From contig CP089274.1 of NCBI GenBank assembly GCA_023920165.1, positions 992,001 to 1,056,000 of the forward strand: a stretch of 64,000 bases of DNA, in the 5' to 3' direction. Source of the stretch: Curvularia clavata (Eukaryota). Every line of letters starts with the position of its first letter. The stretch's first letter is position 1. The notes below the pieces were generated by a model. It was not told the DNA's origin. It searched no databases and saw only the letters and a list, made by a program, of their open reading frames with translations. This document shows positions 61,067 to 64,000 of this stretch, in pieces. The translations under genes were made by a program, and so were the position numbers.

Positions 61067-63186
61067 ATGTCTGCCGAATCTCTAGTAAGCATATCGAGAG
61101 TGGCTTATGAGCCCCACTGACTTCCATAGTCGCCGCTCCACCCCTGCGACCATGCCAGGGGCCATGCCCATCCGTCCCCAGCCATAACAGCCATTACAAC
61201 AGACACCAGGGAAAATCAGCATTTGACAGACCTCCTGGATCAAATTTCATTCAATGTGGAGATGCATGGCTTTGCCAGCAAGGGCACACTGCCCCATGAG
61301 ATGTATCACCCAAGACTGCGCAAGTCTGACGTGACGCAGCAAGGTGCGCGAACGTCAACCTCCATTGTAATCTGATCGGTTCATGGGGTTTGTGTATCTG
61401 ATTAGAAGCAGCTATCAGTCATCTCGATACTATATCTTGCTGGAAGGGCATTTCCTTATGCCAAGCTGCAGAGCTCGCCTTCTGGGAGTCTTGGTTCCAT
61501 CACTGTCTAATCGAACAAATTGAAGACTGCTTGAAACGAAGTATCGTAACTCAGTTGAGCAAACGAAAAGGTGAGGGACGACTCATGAGCGCCTCACTTC
61601 CTGTACATATGGACTGTAGTTGAGGACGATGCCTCTGAATCTCCTTGGAACAACAACAATTATGTTGAAGCGACTGCTAAATTTGACTCAGATCACATGG
61701 ACGAAACCACTCTTCTTCCCTGTCTCATCCAGTCCTTTCTCAAAGACGACCCGTGTCTTTTTCATATCAATCTTTCCTGTCTCTTCCATGATATGATACA
61801 GCTTTTCTACGAAGTCAATGACAACTGGAGTACAAGAATTATCCCCTGGTCGTTTGACTCCGGCGATGTCCCACGCTTTGTCTACAATTTCCTTTACGTA
61901 CAAGACTGTTTCCAGAACACGCCTGCTGGACCTTGCGTGTTCGTCAATTGTTCCAGTGATCGGTTCGATTTTCCGTTTGTGGATGTCACCGCTGATGTGA
62001 CCTGGAATCCACTTGTTATTGAGTTCCGACACGTTCCTGCTCAGATACGGCCAGGAGCACACTATGTCATAGTCCCGTATCGTGAACAGATCGTGGAAGA
62101 CCCTCAACAATCAGAATACAAACAGTATCCTAGTTTCACTGAATACATTGTCAAAAAATCAACTTCCAAAATCCAATGGGATCATAGGGCTGCGCTCTTC
62201 CGTGCGCAAGCCCCGGAACGAGTGGCAGTATGATACGCTACTCAATAAAACAACTCTTGAAGCGTTTCGCTGACTGCCTATGAAAGATCAAGGATGTACC
62301 TGTGTCTGAGACTATAATCCAGGTTACAAATATCACGCGCTTTCCGGATAATGTGCGCTTCGAATCGACATCACGATACGTCATCAAGGTCAACTTGATA
62401 GACACTGAGGAGCTTGACACCGCAACGGACAACAATCATTCGCGAAACTCGTTACGATTAGCGTCTTGTTCATTTCCGCGCAGACGCAGCTATCCTCTCG
62501 AACCTTTGGTGTGTCAACAAGGGCCTACCTTCTCTCCTGTCTCTCTTAGCGAGTTGATGGCCCACCCAGCGCCGCCTTTGAGTACCGAGCAGTGTCAGGA
62601 GGAGAAGTTTGCTAAAACCCCTGAAATAGTTGAGAAGATGCACAACGAGTACTATACCAACCCTGAAGTCAGTGGAAGATCAACAAAAAAGCGGTCCAAC
62701 TCACTGTGCAAGAGTGAAACACCGTCTTCAGAACGAAATCGCTTGAGCAATGCTTACAGCTCTGGCCTAGATACCGAGCTCAAGCGTCAAAAGCTGGACC
62801 AGACTGACGTGGCTGGGATGAAAGGGGTGTGCTTTGACAGAGCAATGGGAACTCAGTGCCCGACACCACCGTATACACCAATCACTGCCGACTCCAATGA
62901 TTCCGACCATCCAGCTCGGCTATCCAGCCCTGTTGATATGCGGGCATCGCCTTCATGTCATACAAGAACTGGGTTCAAGGTCTTATCACAGCTATCGCAG
63001 CGGAAGATTCAATGCAACTATCACGAGTTCGAACAGACGGCTCTGCGTAAGCTGATCGATAAACCATGTGTGGGCGATGTGAGCTTTGAAAGAATATTTC
63101 TGGGTGATAGCGAGGCTGAAGACTGGCACTCGTCGGATCTTGAAGGTTTGAATGATGAGGTGAATGATATCGAAACGGAATTGTGA
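61067..63186 (+). CDS. Hypothetical 634-aa protein, 5 exons (61067-61084, 61130-61343, 61406-61570, 61620-62227, 62287-63186)
   Basis: Four GT-AG introns (most with a CTRAY-like branch point) keep one stop-free frame of 1905 nt; central beta-rich block LVIEFRHVP…IQWD…FRAQAP…VRFESTSRYVIKVNL. Confidence 0.7.
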
Positions 63187-64000
63187 CGATGGCTGTGTAA
63201 ATCATCAAAGCCGTCAAGCAAATTGTTCCAACGGGTTTGTTACAACAGGGCTATAGGTGAGGATATCCTGTCATTGCTTTCGTTTGCTATGCCCTCGTCA
63301 GGAACGGTTGGTTTGGCAAACGTTGGCCAAGTTTTTACCTTGACGTTTAAGCAGAATCATCATTGCTGGTTTATTCAATGTTGTTCTGACCAAAGATGCA
63401 TTTCGTGTTCAATTAAAGGTCAGACAACAGTCGAACGGAGCCCTCTTGCTTCAACGCAGCACCTCTAGCTCGTTCCAACGGATTGCCCTCACTACGCTCG
63501 ACACGTTTAACTACTGTCTTTGACCGAACAAGACGGCTCATTGCGTGGTTGCATGACTGACAAACATAGTATCCGCCTTTGCCACTTCATGCGTAGCAAG
63601 CGATGGCGAATGGCAAACGGGATGTGCCATCTCACTTCTTTGAAACTCTCAAACTGTTTACATATCAGCGATTCTCCGAGCAATGAAGTAATATATACCG
63701 CGATCTTCTGAGAAAGAAACCTCAAACTACCATCCTACTTTTATCGCAACTTCAAAGGCCCTCCCGCGTCTTTGCTGAAGTGACAAAAACCATGCAAGAA
63801 TACCTCTGCAACGATTTCGCGTCTATCCTGGCTCCCATACTGCTTCTTCTTACGCTGGTAAATGCGGCAATGGTCCTCACAGCCTACAAAGCTGAAGATG
63901 TCTCCGGAGAGGATAACGAAAACGAAAAGCCAGATAAACTCCTCCACGCTGTTCTCCAAAGCGTCTATGCATTTCAGACGGCGCATGTTATTGCGCAGCA

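Noticed and set aside
61688..62110. 140-aa minus-strand ORF
   Set aside because: Antisense to the better-supported spliced plus-strand gene; in-frame stops lie immediately upstream.
63200..64000. Short ORFs at the right edge
   Set aside because: No recognisable product and truncated by the window.

Overview
Eukaryotic (fungal) chromosomal DNA with short GT-AG introns and CTRAC branch points. The gene set suggests a filamentous ascomycete, probably Dothideomycetes/Pleosporales (inference). About 28 protein-coding genes can be supported. Conserved housekeeping blocks (amidase 3' end, a large two-OB-fold protein, NDK, glucosidase II alpha, PRP9, FAL1; YJU2, CDC16, p24, UBP15, PKP2-like kinase), often as head-to-head pairs, alternate with two accessory-looking stretches (~14-27 kb and ~34-46 kb). 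The first holds small secreted proteins and a candidate three-gene module: a HeLo/SesA-like N-terminal-domain protein, a single-pass membrane protein with a possible GrpE-like C-terminus, and a divergent atypical Hsp70 (HSPA12-like), with shared upstream motifs. The second holds a GH10 xylanase, a Tc1/mariner-type MITE, a 209-bp solo LTR nested inside a second solo LTR of the same family (both with 5-bp TSDs), an NmrA-like reductase, a Zn polyol dehydrogenase and secreted unknowns. No tRNA, rRNA or CRISPR was seen. Domain calls are by eye from motifs, and exon boundaries were hand-derived.
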